Assembly (NCBI GenBank): GCA_050273025.1 | Contig: CP158636.1 | Span: forward strand, 6,510,001 to 6,574,000 | Reading direction: 5' to 3' | Source of the DNA: Cenococcum geophilum | Lineage: Eukaryota | DNA: 64,000 nucleotides | Shown here: positions 1-14,505 of the stretch, in pieces | How the letters are laid out: the number at the start of each line of letters is the position of its first letter | How positions within the stretch are numbered: the first letter of the stretch is position 1 | Notes under the pieces: generated by a model | Database searches by the model: none | What the model saw: the letters and a program-made list of their open reading frames with translations, nothing else | What the model was told of the DNA's origin: nothing | Made by a program: the position numbers and the translations under genes

Positions 1-1816
1 TATTTAGAGAAGTGTAGGTTTTCTTAGGCACGGCGAACTTCTACTAAATATTTATTATTTACTATTTATAAGTAATACTCCTAATTACTAATCTACTAAA
101 AGGATCTAAGAATGGCAAGAAGTTAGGACCCTTTATATTTAGAGAAGCTGCTAAGTAGGCTATGGACCAGTTAAAGGATTTATTTATATCGGCACTTATC
201 CTAATATACTTCTACTAGGAGCTATATATATACTTTAAAATAGATACATTTAGCTTCGCCCTAGGGGTAATTATATCTTAATTAAAAGACGGAGAATAGT
301 ATCCTGTGGCGTTTTAGTTAAGGAAAATAACCCCTATAAAACAGCGTTACATAATGCACATCTAGGAGTTACTTGCGATAGTCGCAGTAATAAAGCACTA
401 GTAACATTATTGTATAGAAAGAAATTACCCTATTAAAGTCCTTATAGACTATAACAACCTAGAATACTTTATAACTATAAAGGTATTAAGCGGTTAATAA
501 GCTAGATAGGCAGAGGCACTATTATAGTATAATTTTAAAATTATATACCGCCTAGAAAAGACAAATCCCGCTAATAGGTTGCTAAGATATTTAGATTATA
601 AAATAGGAAGGATCTAGGACAGTATAAGGGAAATAATCCCTATATTACAAAATTTGCTTAAAAAAAAAGAAGACTCTTTCCCTAGAACTATAGAATTTTA
701 TAGCAGAGTAGAGGTCCTAGCAATACAGCTATAAAGCACTATAATTATAAAGCTATAGGATATAGTTATAGACTAGGTTATAGGCTAGGCAGATATTATA
801 AAATTAGTGTACTTTAGAATTAGCGAGAATTCTATAGGATGTACTAGGGGTATTATAGCACCTTTAACTTAACGGCGTATTAGCTGCGAGTGTCCGGATC
901 TAAGGGGGATAGGTAAGATACCTATTTATAGCGTGGCATACTATATAACGGTAGGAGAATCTACTAGCACTAATAGTTTAAAACATCTTATACTACGCCT
1001 TATATCTATAATAGCGGTAGGTAAAATAGAAGCAAGTAATCTATACAAAACCTTTTTAGATCTTCTTCTTTAAGTATAATAAAGGGATAGCTTTATTTTT
1101 AGGGAGAGGTAGAAAGATATAGTGGAGACTAACTTAGCCAGAGTTACTAAGAAGCTATAATAGTAAGACTAAAAGGGTCTATTACGCTTTAAGGGCGCTA
1201 TATATATCCTAAAGGACTAAGCAGTTTAAGATAAAATTCTAAAGGTTTTCTATAATAACCCTTTTAGGGGTTACTATAGTGCTAATAGAACCCTTAAGGC
1301 CGTTTAAAGGAAATACTTTTAGGATAGAATATCCGAAGAGGTTAAGGACTATATATTAAGATATAATACGTGCTAAAGGGTATAGATATTTAGATATCGC
1401 CTATACAGCGAGTTATTAGTACTTCCTATTTTGTAGGGACCTATATTAGAATTAATAATAGATTTTATAATAGGCTTACCCCCTACTAAAATAAAAACGG
1501 AAAAGGTTACTAATACTATCCTAGTAATTGTTAATAGATATATAAAGTTCTTAGGGTACTTTACTGTTATAATAATAATTACGGCAGTAGAACTAATAGA
1601 CCTATTTTTAAAATAGTGGCTCTTATTTAGTATACTAAGGGGAATTATATCTAATAGAGGTACCGTATTTAACAGCGTATTCTAGTCTTTATTTTATCTC
1701 TTATTAAAAATACGGCAAAGGATAAGTACTGCCTTTTACCCGTAAATAGATAGGCTAATAGAGCGTCTAAATGCGTTATTAGAACACTACCTCCGCTACT
1801 ATATTAATTATTAATA

Positions 1817-4800
1817 ATAAATTCAATTTACCGCCCGTCCCGGTCCCCCTAGTAGGTCCACGCAGGCTAATACCTTCTATAGGAAAAACTCTAACTTAGA
1901 GAAAACCCCACCTCGGGCCGCGCTGGAGAGATAGCAGCGTTCCGATATCAGAGCGCCGGCGGCTCGCCTTCTACCTGCCTTCAAGTCTGCATATTAAGCC
2001 AACTAGCCGCGCTTCGCGGACAATCTTACTCTACCCCCTTCTTTCCTTATCCTTTTACCCTTATTCTTTTACTAGTCCTCTAGGCTTTAAAAGGGCTGGT
2101 ATCTACTTATATCCTCTATATCTATTGCCTTTACTGCCTAAAACTAGGGTAACGTACCTAACTGTACTAGCCATTTTGCTGCTACTTAGGCGCTTTCTTT
2201 ATTATTTAAAACATCCTAAAGGCGTTTAGAGGCGTATTTTGCTATAAAGTCCGCCCTTTAGTAGTATGGACACTAGAATAGTATATAGTAAACTATCTGC
2301 CTTATCTAGCCATATTTGTACCGTAGGAGAACCACCGGTATACCGACGGATATAAGCTATATATTAAGCCCTATTACCTCTATACGAAGAAGAAATAGTA
2401 CTATAGCCTCTGCTTTTGTTAGGCCTTTATATAATGGGATTATAGGTTTCCCCTATGGGGTCTTCTACGTGGTTTCTATACGGTCTTTAGCTTTTACCTA
2501 CTACCGTTATTGCTATTCTAAATCTGCCTATTTCGCGATAAAGGTAGTTGCCTACCTTTAGTGCTAGTGACCTTTTATGCGGTAGTGGCGCTCCGCCTAC
2601 GCTCTACCGGCGTTCCGCTAGCCGCGCTTGTAGGGGTTTATTATAGCTTCCCGCTTTATATAGTCCTTCTAGTATATAAGAAAGCCTTATATCTTATTTT
2701 TATAGTTTTTTACGTGTTCCCTAAGCGCTTTTAATAGTATTAGTAGCTGTTTTGTTTTTTGTTGGCGCTTTATTAATATATTTTAGATACCGTTAAGTGC
2801 CTTTACTAATTCCTTTTCTACCCTATTAGAGGCTGTCTTAGCGGCTTTTTAGAGGGCTGTCGTTTTAATATGGAGTTGGATTGGGGGAATAGCCGCTTCC
2901 TTCTCTATTGTAGCTATTGGTGTTCGCTAGTATGCCCCTATAACCCTGCGGAGATACTAGTTCTAGACTTTCTGTAGTAGTTTAAGCAAGCTTTTCGCTA
3001 GCGTTCCGCCGTTATCCCGTACTTCTTATACTTGGGCGCTATATAGTATCGCTAGTCGGACGGTGGCTGTATATAGGAGGCGTAAGCGGCATATTGATGG
3101 GCCCTATATAAATGTGGTGATCCTTAATATTGCTTTAAAGGCTACTAAGCCCTTACTTGCGGCCTTTTTAACCTATTTTTTTTATTAGAGCTTAGGGTCT
3201 ACCTAGATCCCTAGGACTTATATGCTGGTTTTCTAGGGGGCTGTCTCGTAGCTGGCGATGCGTACGGTAGACGTAAGGTTTATAGTGGCGTGGCGCCGTT
3301 GCCTTGTGAAGTATATAAGCTAGTACTTCTTAGGGGCGAACGCCGCCCTATATTAATTTGCTTATATAGTATAGTAGTTATAGGCGGCCTCTAATTGTTG
3401 ATAGTTCTCTGCTGTGGAGTCCCCCTAGGTAATAAGGTTTGTGTTATCTATAAAGCTAAACCCTAGCGTGCCGCTGTTGGGGCGCTAGAATTCCTTTAAT
3501 AGCTCTAATATAAAAAAGAGGAATAAGATTGGTAATAAGGGTGACCCCTAGGGGATGCCTATCTGTGTCTAAATCCAGTTGCCTTTATATTCTGTGAACT
3601 TAATATAGGTTTTATGTGCTATTAGAAAGCTTTATATAAAATCTATAAGCTACTTTAAAAAGCCTTTTTTTTTTAGAATGTGGAGGAGCCTTTTATAGGA
3701 GACGTTATTAAATGCCCCTACTAAGTCTAGGCTTAGTATTAACACCATATACCCGCGGCGCGTTCGCCACGTCGTTTATATATAAGAGCTAAGCAGTCCT
3801 ACCGCTAATAGTGTGGATTATTTATGCCTTACTCCTATCTAGTTCTAAGGGAGTAGTCTATACTCCTCCGTAGCCTTAGATATAATATTAGCTACGTGCT
3901 TTTCTAGAACTTTTACTAGCGTGTTTTTAAGGGTAATTAGTCTATAGCTACCTAGGAGAGAGTAGTCTTTCTTTCCTTCTTTATATAATACTATAGTTAT
4001 AGATTCTTTAAGGCTTTCTAGTATTATTCCACTGGTAAAGTAATAACTGGCTGCTTCTGCTAAATCTTTTATAATAACTAGGGCAGCCACTTTAAGGACC
4101 TTATTTGGTATGCTATCTAGCCCTAAGGCTTTTCTATTTAAAAGACTTCTAATAAGCTTACTGATTTCTTCTGTTAAGATAGTGGGGCTAATATTGAGTA
4201 TATTTTGTTCCCTTATTGTCTCTATATTGCTAAGGTCTACTGTTTTAGTTTTAGGAAAGAACTTGGCTGTAAGGATATTGGCCTTTATAATATTATTATC
4301 TGTTAAGGGATCCTTAGTAGACCTTCTAAGGTTTAGTAGATAGGGGTCCGCCTTTACTACGCTTGCTTTTTTACTCTATTTTAATAGAGTCTAAAGTCCC
4401 TTATTATATGGTTTTAATTAATCTTTAGTAAGTTTATAAATAAAGCGTCTTTAGTTATTACGACTGACTCTCCTAGTCTCTTTTTGCAGTTAATTATTTA
4501 ATGCTAAATATCTTTGGTGGTTCTTGGGGTTGTTATAAGCTTAGAGCTGTCGTCGCGCCTATTAGGCGCCGGCGTAGAGCTATATAGCCTATAGCGACTA
4601 TTCTTAACGGGCCTGCCGGCTAGGCTGTGCTTATAGGCAGTGTTCTTTAAGTGCTTGCTTAATCCCTTCCTATAGGGCTTAAATGGGGTTTTTAGATATA
4701 ATCCAGTTAAGCTCCTGGATGCTTTAGAGAAAGCCCTATAAGTTTAGCTTCTTAAGGGCAAGGCGCTAGCGTTCCGCTAGCGGACAGCTGGTGTTATTAA

Positions 4801-7097
4801 TTTGGATGTGGATTGGTATATAGTCTCTTATAAGGGCCTATTCCTTAACTATACTATAAAAGTTAACTTTTCTATATAGATCTGGTGATATAAACATAAG
4901 GTCTATTATACTTTCCTATTGCCCTCTTTTCTATATAGGCTCTCCTTTTAGTGTAATAAGTACTAGGCCTTTAGTATTAGTTTTAGCCAGAAGGCGTTCC
5001 GCCTGCTCTTTACTAGCTATATACTTTCCGCCCTATATTAAATGGTGGGCGTTAAAGTTACTTAAGAGTATAATTTCTCCCTTAGCTTCCTTAATAGCTA
5101 TTTTAACCTTAGGCTATACCCTAATCTAAGGGCTATCTTCGCGCGGGTTATAAATATTAATAATTATAGCCTTTAGCCCCTTTAGGCGTACCTAGAGGGC
5201 TGCGGTAAAGAGGCCGTACTGTCTACGCTTTTAATATACGGCATTAATATTCCGGCTAATTATAAAGCAGACCTTTATTATAGGGAGAGCGTTATATATG
5301 AGTATAAATCCCCTAGGGCAGTATATTAATTTGGTGTATTTATTATATACTAGCTCCTAGATTATAAGGACCTAGTAGTCTGCTACCGTAACACTATTAA
5401 AGAAGGGGCGATACGCCCCTTAGTTTGCATTTCCGTAGTTATACTAGATAATTGTATACTTACTTATTTAAAGTGGGTATAGGCTTATTTATGTCTGTGT
5501 CCTATTTCTTATTATTTTCGCTATTAACTATTATTGCTTTATTAGCGCGAAGCCGGAGCCTTAATTATAATCTATCTTTGCTTGCTATTTTAATAAAAGA
5601 TAGTTTACCTAGTCCCCGTTTAAGTAGTTATTCTTAAGTCCCTAGGTAAAATATTTTCTGTCCTCTTTTCTTATTAGTGCTAATTATAAGGTTTCCTGGT
5701 ATTAAGGGTTAGTATATTATTTTTATGGCTTCTTATATGCGGAGCGACTGCGTTAAAAGGGCTATCCTCTTTATTTAGATACCTTTAAGGTAGCTTTAAA
5801 AGGTCCTATACTCTTTTTTTTGCTATGCTTTATAGGCTTTACCGCAGTTAATATAGGATACCCTTTTTTTAGGGCAATCTGTGGTGTTATATGGTCCCGC
5901 ATATTACCTATATTTTATTTACTTTCCGTATACGCTTTATATATACCCCTATTAATTATAGTAGTAGCATTACTTTATAATTATGCTATTCTTAAATAGC
6001 CTAGTCTTAAAAAGCTAGAATTTAATAACTATCCTACTTTTTACAATCTTTTGCTAAATTGCTTAGGTTAGGACGCCAATTATAATTATTCCCCTAGTCT
6101 TCTTGGGTTCTCTTTAGGCGCTACTAGAGTTTACCTAGCGTTTTGCCTATGCTTTAGGGTTATATAACTATTAAATCCGGCTAATAGCTATCCCAGGTAT
6201 AAGGCGCTTTATGGCTTTATAAATAGATTAAGTTAATTCTAAATTATCTACGTCCCTTCCGCTATTAATTAGAGTCTTAAGCGGGACTCCTAATACTTCT
6301 AGGAGGTAATTTTTCCTTAGTATCCTAAGTCCTAGCGCGTTTGGCCTATTTAGGATTTAGTTCTTTATTATTTAGGAGGGAATGTAGATATCTACGTCCC
6401 TACTATTAAGGGTACGTACGGTGTATGCGCTTAGTATTATTCTCTAAATAGTCTTAAGAAGCTCCCCTAGTTTATAGCCCTAGGGCTCCTTAAGCCGGAC
6501 GCGTATACTTGCTCTCTGTGGTGTCGCAACTATATTTACCGTGCGGGCCGCCTATGCAGTAACAGCTGCCTAGGTTTGGACCTGTACTAGGGGAACTCCT
6601 AGGCCTAGGGGTCCTCCTTTATGCGTTTTTTTTTGGATTTTCTTAATACTAGCTTTAATTTGGTTAAGCTAGGCCTTAGTTTTTTATTCTTGGGTTATCT
6701 AGGGGACTAGACGCGTTAAGAGGGCTTTAATATACTATATTACCTTTTAAATAGAGGCAAGTATCTAGTGCCGTAGGGTTTCTTCCTCCTCTTTTATAAG
6801 ATTGTCTTTAATTTATTTAAGTATTTCCTTTAGTTTTTGCTATTACTAGCAGCTGTTTTTTTTGCGTTGTTACCCACCTAGTTTATAGTTCGGTTCCCGC
6901 ACGTCGCGACTCTTACGACTCTAGCAGGAAGCCTGCGCCCCTCCGTCGTCCCCTATGCTCTAGATGGGGGCGATGTGGTTTTATGGGGTTTCTCGGTGCG
7001 GGGAATAGGATTCCGATATCGGGTTGCTTTATTAAGTGGTTTTAGGCTGGTTTTGCTGCTGTTGCGGCCTACCCTACCTAAATATTATTTAAATTTA
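1817..7097 (-). mobile_element. Tad1-like non-LTR retrotransposon (LINE), apparently full length, RIP-inactivated
   Basis: The minus strand carries a gag-like ORF1 remnant (~7000-5650) and an ORF2 with APE endonuclease remnants and RT (ORF 3845-4090: KEGKKDYSLLGSYRLITL.NTL.KVLEK), ending in a CCHC knuckle remnant near 2265-2320. It is flanked by a 17-bp TSD, TATATTAATTATTAATA (1800-1816) and TATATCAATTATTAATA (7098-7114). The Gypsy integrase frame rejoins across it. Confidence 0.9.
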
Positions 7098-8675
7098 TAT
7101 ATCAATTATTAATAGGATAATTAGATATTATAGTTAGCTCTAATATAATATGTATATAACATAAGCATCTATAGTAGTATAAAAATAACCCCTTATAAAG
7201 CATTGTTTAGGGTAAAAGTAAATAACCCCTAAAATATTAAGGATATTATTTCTAAAAGGGAGGCACCGGCAGCGTCTAAAAGAATTAAGCAAATAAGAAT
7301 TTGCAGAAAAGAACTTAAAAAGCACTTACTAAACGCCTAGGCTATGCAAAAAAGGTACTATAATAAAAAATATATACTAAAAGAATTTGAGATAGGAGAC
7401 GAAGTCTTACTATCTATAAAAAAAATATCTAAATAAAATATATTAAGAAGAAGCTAGATCACCAGTAGCTCGGACCCTTTAAAATAGTTAGAAAAACTAA
7501 AGGAAATTAAGCCTATAAATTAAAATTGCCGGAGTTATATCTAATATATCCTATATTTTATATTTTCTTACTAAAGCTATACTGGAGAAGAGATAGTACG
7601 GAACCGCTACCCCCTAGCGAAATTAATAGGGAACTAGAATAGAATATAAAAGATATTTTAGACTAAAGATGGCGCTAGAAAAGCGCGAATTCTTAATCTA
7701 TTAGGAAGGATACTTTTAGGCGCATAATAGTTAGGAACTTAAGGAGCACCTTTAGCTAGGATATAACACAGCAATTAAAACCTTCCTAAAGATTAAAGAT
7801 AAAGATTTAGTAGCGGTTCTAAATATACTATAAATAAGATAATAGGGAAGACCCTATAAATTAAAACTATAAGGTTAAGTATAGGCATTAAGAATGGAAA
7901 CATTTTATTATTATAATAGGGATCCTAGAACCCTATAAGGGAAAGCCTATAAAATTTATAGGAGAACTACTAGGGATATTATCTAAAGAAGACGCTATTT
8001 AAAAATAAGTAGTAGTAATATAAGAAGAGGTCTTAGGGATTTAGAAAGACCTTTAAGGATAAAAGGGGAGTATCTAGTCTAGTACCGGAGATACGTAGTA
8101 AAGTTAATAGTATAAAGAGGAGTAAAAGGACAGCCTATAAAGAATTAAAATTTTTAAGAAATTATAAAGCACCTATAGGAATACTACTTATTTATTATAT
8201 ATGGGGATTATAGAAGTGCACTACCTTTATATAAATTGCTACCAAAGCTTAGAATAAAGGTATCCCTAAAGTATAAAGTTAATTCCTAATAATAGGGCAT
8301 CTTAGAGGCACCTAAGAAGCACTATATAAAGCTATTTTATAAAAAGAAGGGAAGAACTAAATAATAACTTAAATACTAATAGCAGTAACAGGAGCCTCCT
8401 CTTCTATCTTAATGTTATTATTAACGGTATTATTAGCACTTCTACTAATATTCTTCTTAGTATAATAGGAGCTAGAAGGACTAGCACAGGCGGGAAACCA
8501 GTAAGGAAAATGTTTATTTTAACTTTTATTACTATCCTTAGTATCCCTAGGCTCTAAATTAGCATCTAAGCAGGGATCTAAAAGCTGTTGGCTAAGAAAA
8601 TTAGCATAGTTCCTAAATATATTACTAGAGAAACTCACCTAGCTAAAAAGGCCTATATAAGAGTGTAAATGTTAT

Positions 8676-8894
8676 TGTTTGTATCAACTTAATGATACAA
8701 GTGAGTCATATCCCAGGGCACGAAATACGTATAGTATCGTATGCTCTTTGGGATGGTGGTGACTGTCGATTCTATTGAGGTAGACTACGTGGTCTATATA
8801 CTGACGCGCCTCCCCCTAATTAGTCAGCACCTAAGTGGTTAGTGCACCAAACGCGTAACTACGCGTTTGGTGTACTACGTGCTATAATCATACA
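8676..8894 (-). repeat. Copia 3' LTR (219 bp)
   Basis: Direct repeat of 14506-14724 with TG...CA ends; the differences seen are transitions only. Confidence 0.95.
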
Positions 8895-11800
8895 CTGGCG
8901 GTACTTGGAAATAACTTAATTATATCTAACCTCCGTAATCGCTTTAATGGAGCCATAAAACACAAAAGAAATATATAGGAAATCCCTCCCAAGGTGCCTT
9001 CTGGGCTGCCTTCCAAATAGTGCTCTAAGCTGGTCGTAAGTCCTACTTACGGTCCGTAAAGTAGACCATACGGCCTTCTAACGGGCTGTAAATAAACCGT
9101 AAGTGCTCCGTTAGTCTCGTTCTACCTATTCTATAACCCTTAGGTTAAGCTTATTTATGTTAATTAGGGTTTTAAGAGCTTAGCACGGCTTTACCTTAGT
9201 TATAGCGTCTACTAGGTTGTTTTCGGTGCTAATCCATTTAACCTCTATAATCTTACGTCGTTCGTAGGCCTAATGTAAGCACATTAGGTTGACCATAAGC
9301 CTCTTCTCCTGTGTCGTACCTAGTTTGACTAGGTAGTTATAGAGGTACTTTAAATTGGTGTATAAAACCAGGGGTAGCTACTCCAATTATAGGATCTTCT
9401 AGATTGTTAATTTAATTGCGGCTGCTATATTAAAGCCATGGGCTAGTATATATAGTTTAGAAGCTAGTATGCTGCGGGTTACTCGTTTGCATTTAATTGA
9501 AGACTAATATAGTATATTTGCGTTCTAATTACAGTCCGTAAGTACAATTATAAAGCCGATTTGCGATAATAGGTCCCTATTATTAGCAAAGAAGGCGTCC
9601 GTAAATACTATTACGCTAAGGGAATTCTAGTCCAATGGTATAAAAGTAAGTCCTCTTATTACATTGTTAATTTGCCACTAAATACGCTTATTTAGCTGCT
9701 TAATATCTTCCTCTTATAGATCTATTACCTAGGCCGCAAAGGATAAGTCGTAGGTAGATTTAGGTTGATAGACTATAGTAATATAGGCGCCTCTTACACG
9801 CTATGCAACGTATTAGTCCTTTATATTTACGGTCTTGCGGGTCTCTTTACGGGAACTAGTAAGGTCCGTAAGCTTTACTATAACAAGCCTTAGGTTTTAA
9901 GTTTAGCGTTCCTAAGTTAACTAGATTAGGTTGCCCTTTTATATAATTAAGCCTCCATTAAACTTAACTAGGGTCTACTTAGTTAACTACTCTCGCGGCT
10001 TTACTAGGAACTTGGCCTTTTATAATTTATTCTCTTTAGCGTCTATAAAAGTCTAGTCCGCTATAAAGAGGGTATCGTTTATTTAGAGTCCAACAATACT
10101 AAAGCCGTTTAATAGTGTATATAGAAGGCAGGGGTCGTAGGTTAACTGTTCCGTTTTGAGTTTATGGACGTAATACTGGTAGTATATCTTAAACTAGTGG
10201 TTTCTAGCTTCTAGCACTCCGTAAAGGGGTTTTATAACCCGTAAAATTATTCCTAGTTATAAGTTAAGCTTAAGGGGTAGTCGTATAAAGATGTCCCTAC
10301 TTAGGTAGGTATTGGATTATACGTAGGCTTATAAGATATCCCGTAAGTAGAGGGCTACGGACTTAGTTTGCTGTAGTCTAGGCGTAAGTATAAGTATAAT
10401 CCGTTGACTAACTTGTTAAATTGTGGGCGATTGCGTAAGGATTAAGCCCTTTCCCTAGTTATTATAGGCTTGTATAACGAGCCTTGACTTCTTAAAGGCT
10501 TTGTTAGTACTAGGGTGCTTAATCTTGTTAACGAAGCGTGAGTTAAATATACGGACGCCTTGCGGAACGTCTTTCTCCATTACAACCGCAAAGACGCCCT
10601 TCTTAAGTAGTCCGTTAATCTCTTTACGTTATAAGTCTATAAAAGGGGTTTTCTATACTAGAACTGATATATCCATAGGCGGAGATTGCTTTACGGATGT
10701 GCCTGCGGAGGTTAGGTAGTTCTTTATTACGGGGTTCTCCATTACGGGGTACTTTTGGGGGCGTCCTCGGCTACGCTTTACGGCAGGTTTAGTAGGTTTA
10801 TAGGGGACTTCCGGAGTAGGTAGGGGTATTTCTAGTTCGTCTAGTTTGGTAGGTACTTCTAGTTTATCTAGTTTGACGGCATAGGTATTTTCGGACCAAA
10901 AATAGGGTTTTACGGATGTGCTTCTGAAGTTAGTTGGTCTGCTAGGGAGTTATATACAACACGTTTTGTCTTCTATAGCCAGTAAACGGTAAGGTCTAGT
11001 TTAATTGCCGCTCTTACGCTATACGAGGACTTTAGAATTAAGCGGGAGGTTATAAACTAAAGTCGTATTAGGTCCGTTGCGGTAATATAGAGCGCTGTTA
11101 ACGGCTTATTTGGCCCGTAATTTAACTATTTCGGCTATTGCCTTCCGTATTATAGCTACTTATTCCATAATAGACGGGGCAGCAGGGCCTAGGTTACTTA
11201 TCCTTAGGTAGGCTCCGTAAACCAAGAGGGTAGGTGCTAGTCCGTTAGGGCTAGCGGTGTCGTTAATAGCTTTTACGGCCATCTGTAAAGCCAGTTCCTT
11301 TTAAATGTCCTTATACTCGTCCGTAATAATCTGGTAAGCTCTCTATAGGGCTAGGTAAGCTCGCTTAATAAGCCTAATAGACTAGTGCGCCTTAACTAGA
11401 ACGGCTTTTATTAAAATAGCCATGGCCGTAGTATACTATTGGAATTCCTTGCTGATAAAGTTCCTACTAGCGTTATAGGTAATATACTTAGAAGGTCTAA
11501 GGTATGTATTAATCCAGCAGGTCCGTAAAATGTCCTAAGTATATTTTATAGATATATTTTGCAACTAACGGGCGGCTTAATAGCGGGTTGCCTCGTTAAT
11601 TATATATAATACTAAACTGCCGTTAATGTATATAATGTCCACGTATACTAAGTGGTTGAAGTTAAGGTCCTTATAAAGGGTAAACTTAAATCTACTTAGG
11701 GAACGTCCGTATTTCTGGCAAAAAGAGCAGTATTTAGTTAGGTGGTTAATTGCCTTCCTATTAACATCGTCGTGTCTAGAGCGTTTAAGGACTCTATATA

Positions 11801-14505
11801 GCTTTTCGGCTAACGGGTAGCTAAAGCGGCGGTATAGTTAGTGGATTTTAGTACTGGTAAGGTAGCACGGGTTATAGTTAAAAGATTCCTAAATATAGGT
11901 CTGTAAAGTCTCTCCCTATATAAGGAACGGGTGTCTAAATTGTTATATAATTGGCAGGGTAATATGCTTACTTCCTAGGGCAGTTATGGGGCTAATTACG
12001 GTATCCGTAACATTATTATAGTAAACTTATAACCTATCTATGTCCGTAAAACAGAGTAGAAAAGGGGTGTCCGCTTTTACTATATAGAAGTTAACTAGGT
12101 TAATTAGGGTCTTAACTGCCACTAATCTAATTAATGTGGTTAAGCCGATGCCGAATTGGACGTTTACGGCCCTAGTTTGCATAGTATTAATGTCTATATT
12201 ATTATTTGTGGTGGTCTTATATGTAAGGTATTATCCGTAACCTGTAGTAGATTTCTTAGAGGCACCTATATTAATTATAACGCCGTAGAATTCTTTAGGG
12301 GTATAGCGTTTAGTGGTGATATATGCAAATAGGTCCTGTTCGCGGTCCGTGACGTCTATAATGGGTCCAACGGGTGTATTTATAGGCTGGTTTTTAGGTA
12401 CAATTAAGTGTATAAAGGAGCGGTTAGCTAATACGGTTGTAATATTAAAGGCTTAGCTGTCCGTAAAAGGTCTAAAAGTAGTTAGGAATGTCTTTAAGGT
12501 CTCCTATTCCTAAGTATTTAAGTTAAAGTTAATTATAAGGGCTTCTATTAACTTATTAGGAGGCTCTTCTACTTCCTTTTCTTCGTATTTTAAAATAAAC
12601 TGGTTAATATGGTTATTAAGTCTCTTCCTAGACTTAGTACGTTCTTCCTAGGTATGCCTTATAGACTAATATCCTTCCTTACCGCACACAAAGCACTTTT
12701 AGCTAGTTTGTCTGCGGGGGTATGCTTTTATATAGGAGTTGCTGTGGGGGTTACGGGTAGGACCTGGTCGATGCGGGTGCTGCTAGCGGTAGCGGTGGTC
12801 CGTAAAGTAGGCGTCTGAGTTAGTTTGTAGGTTTTGCAGGTCTGTAATAAAGGCTTAGGTACTATCTAGCGGGTTTAAGACTTCGTACTTTACAATAAAG
12901 GACCGTAAATCGTTAATAAGACCAGCTACGGTATCTGCGGGCTTATAGTAGGCGTATTTATAGGGTTCTACTTTCTAGTAAGCTGTAATAAGCTTGTTAT
13001 ATAGGAAGTCGTCCGTTTAAAGCTTAATGTTAAGGCCGTGCTATAGGTGCCGGAGGTCTTTAATAAGAATTTGCAGGCACTCTATAGTCGACTTTTCGGT
13101 ATTCTTATTAATTATAGTCCGTAACTTAATCGCATTCTATTAGGTAAGGATATTACGCCTATATTTTAGCCCTTTAAAGTAGTTACGTATAGCTTCGTAT
13201 AGCTTATTAAAGGAGACACCAAGAGGGTTGCTCTTAAGGTTAGTGTAGTAGTAGTTAAGGGCTAGGCCGCGCAGCATAGTGGAATAGGCTTGGCTAAATT
13301 CCTATTTAGGAATATTAGCCTTCCGACAGAGGTCCGTAAAGATAATAAGTTTAAAGTTAAAGTTATCGTTTTCACCGCTATACTTAAATTCGTTGGTATA
13401 GAGCTTAGCTAAGTTAGCTAGTTCCTTGCCGTAGGTCTTTACTTAAGTAGGTTGCGGATCTATAACTTAGGCGGTCTACGGATCTATGGCTTAGGCAATA
13501 GGAGGGTTTTAGTCCGTATTTTAGTTTGCGGGGGTATTATGGTCCATAATTTGGGTTATGGGGGTATTACGGTCCGTAACTTAAGTACTAGGTATGCTTT
13601 GGCCCGTAAAATTAATTCCAAAATTACTTAGGTTTATAGGATGAATTTGGTTAAGTAGGTTAAGTATAAGGCTAGTAATACTATTAAGTTTGGGAGAAGC
13701 AAAGAGTTTATTAGTAACTTTAACCTAGTCTAGGATTTCCTCTTTAGTCCATTCCGTTTGGTCCTCCTCCTATATTATGTTATATAAGGACCATATAATA
13801 GTAACTCGTTTATCCTTTTTAACCTATACACCTTAGTGACGTAAAAGGGTTCATAGGTTACGGATAGCAGTAGGGTTACAAGTCTTAAGAATATCTTCCG
13901 TAAAGTCCGTAAAGTCTTCTTTATATTGCTCCCACAGGTCGTTATTTATAAGCTTAAAATATCCATATTTAAGGATTTTGTACTTAATATAGTTATTAAC
14001 GTCAGCTATAGACGTAAGGTTAACTCCTTATCTCTATTTCTTTCAACCTTTATTAATCTGCTTGCTTATGTCTGCTATACTATATAGTATAGTACGTAGC
14101 GGGTGGTAGTAGCTTATAACGGGTGGGGGAGGTCTTATAACGGTCCGTAAAATTAATTAAAGGGTCCGTAATAGTTTAAGAGGTCTTATAATAGTTTATA
14201 ACGGCGATTAACAGGTCCGTAATGGTTTATAGGGGGGTAGGGGGTTTCCGTAAAAGGTCCGGAGGGGTTTAAGGTTTAAGGGGTTAAGGATAGGGGGTTC
14301 CGTAAGGGTCTGTATTTGTGTCTATAAACTTCCGGTAAACCGTACTAAGACTTAAATAAGTATATAGAGTTAGTAATAGTTCCGTAATCCCTGGCTTCCG
14401 ACCTTCTAGTAGGTTATACTAGGAGTCTAAACGGGTAGTTGCTGTTATGTATCGCTCAGGGGGAGGTGTTAAGTAATTGCTAATCTGTGCGCGCTTACTA
14501 ATCAG

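Noticed and set aside
7850..8360. Possible second antisense ORF in the Gypsy A extra region
   Set aside because: Some splice-like signals exist, but RIP damage prevented a consistent frame; a multi-copy consensus is needed.
2316..12818. Short ORFs listed in the AT-rich block
   Set aside because: They are chance or antisense frames in RIPped transposons; only 3845-4090 is a true (LINE RT) fragment.
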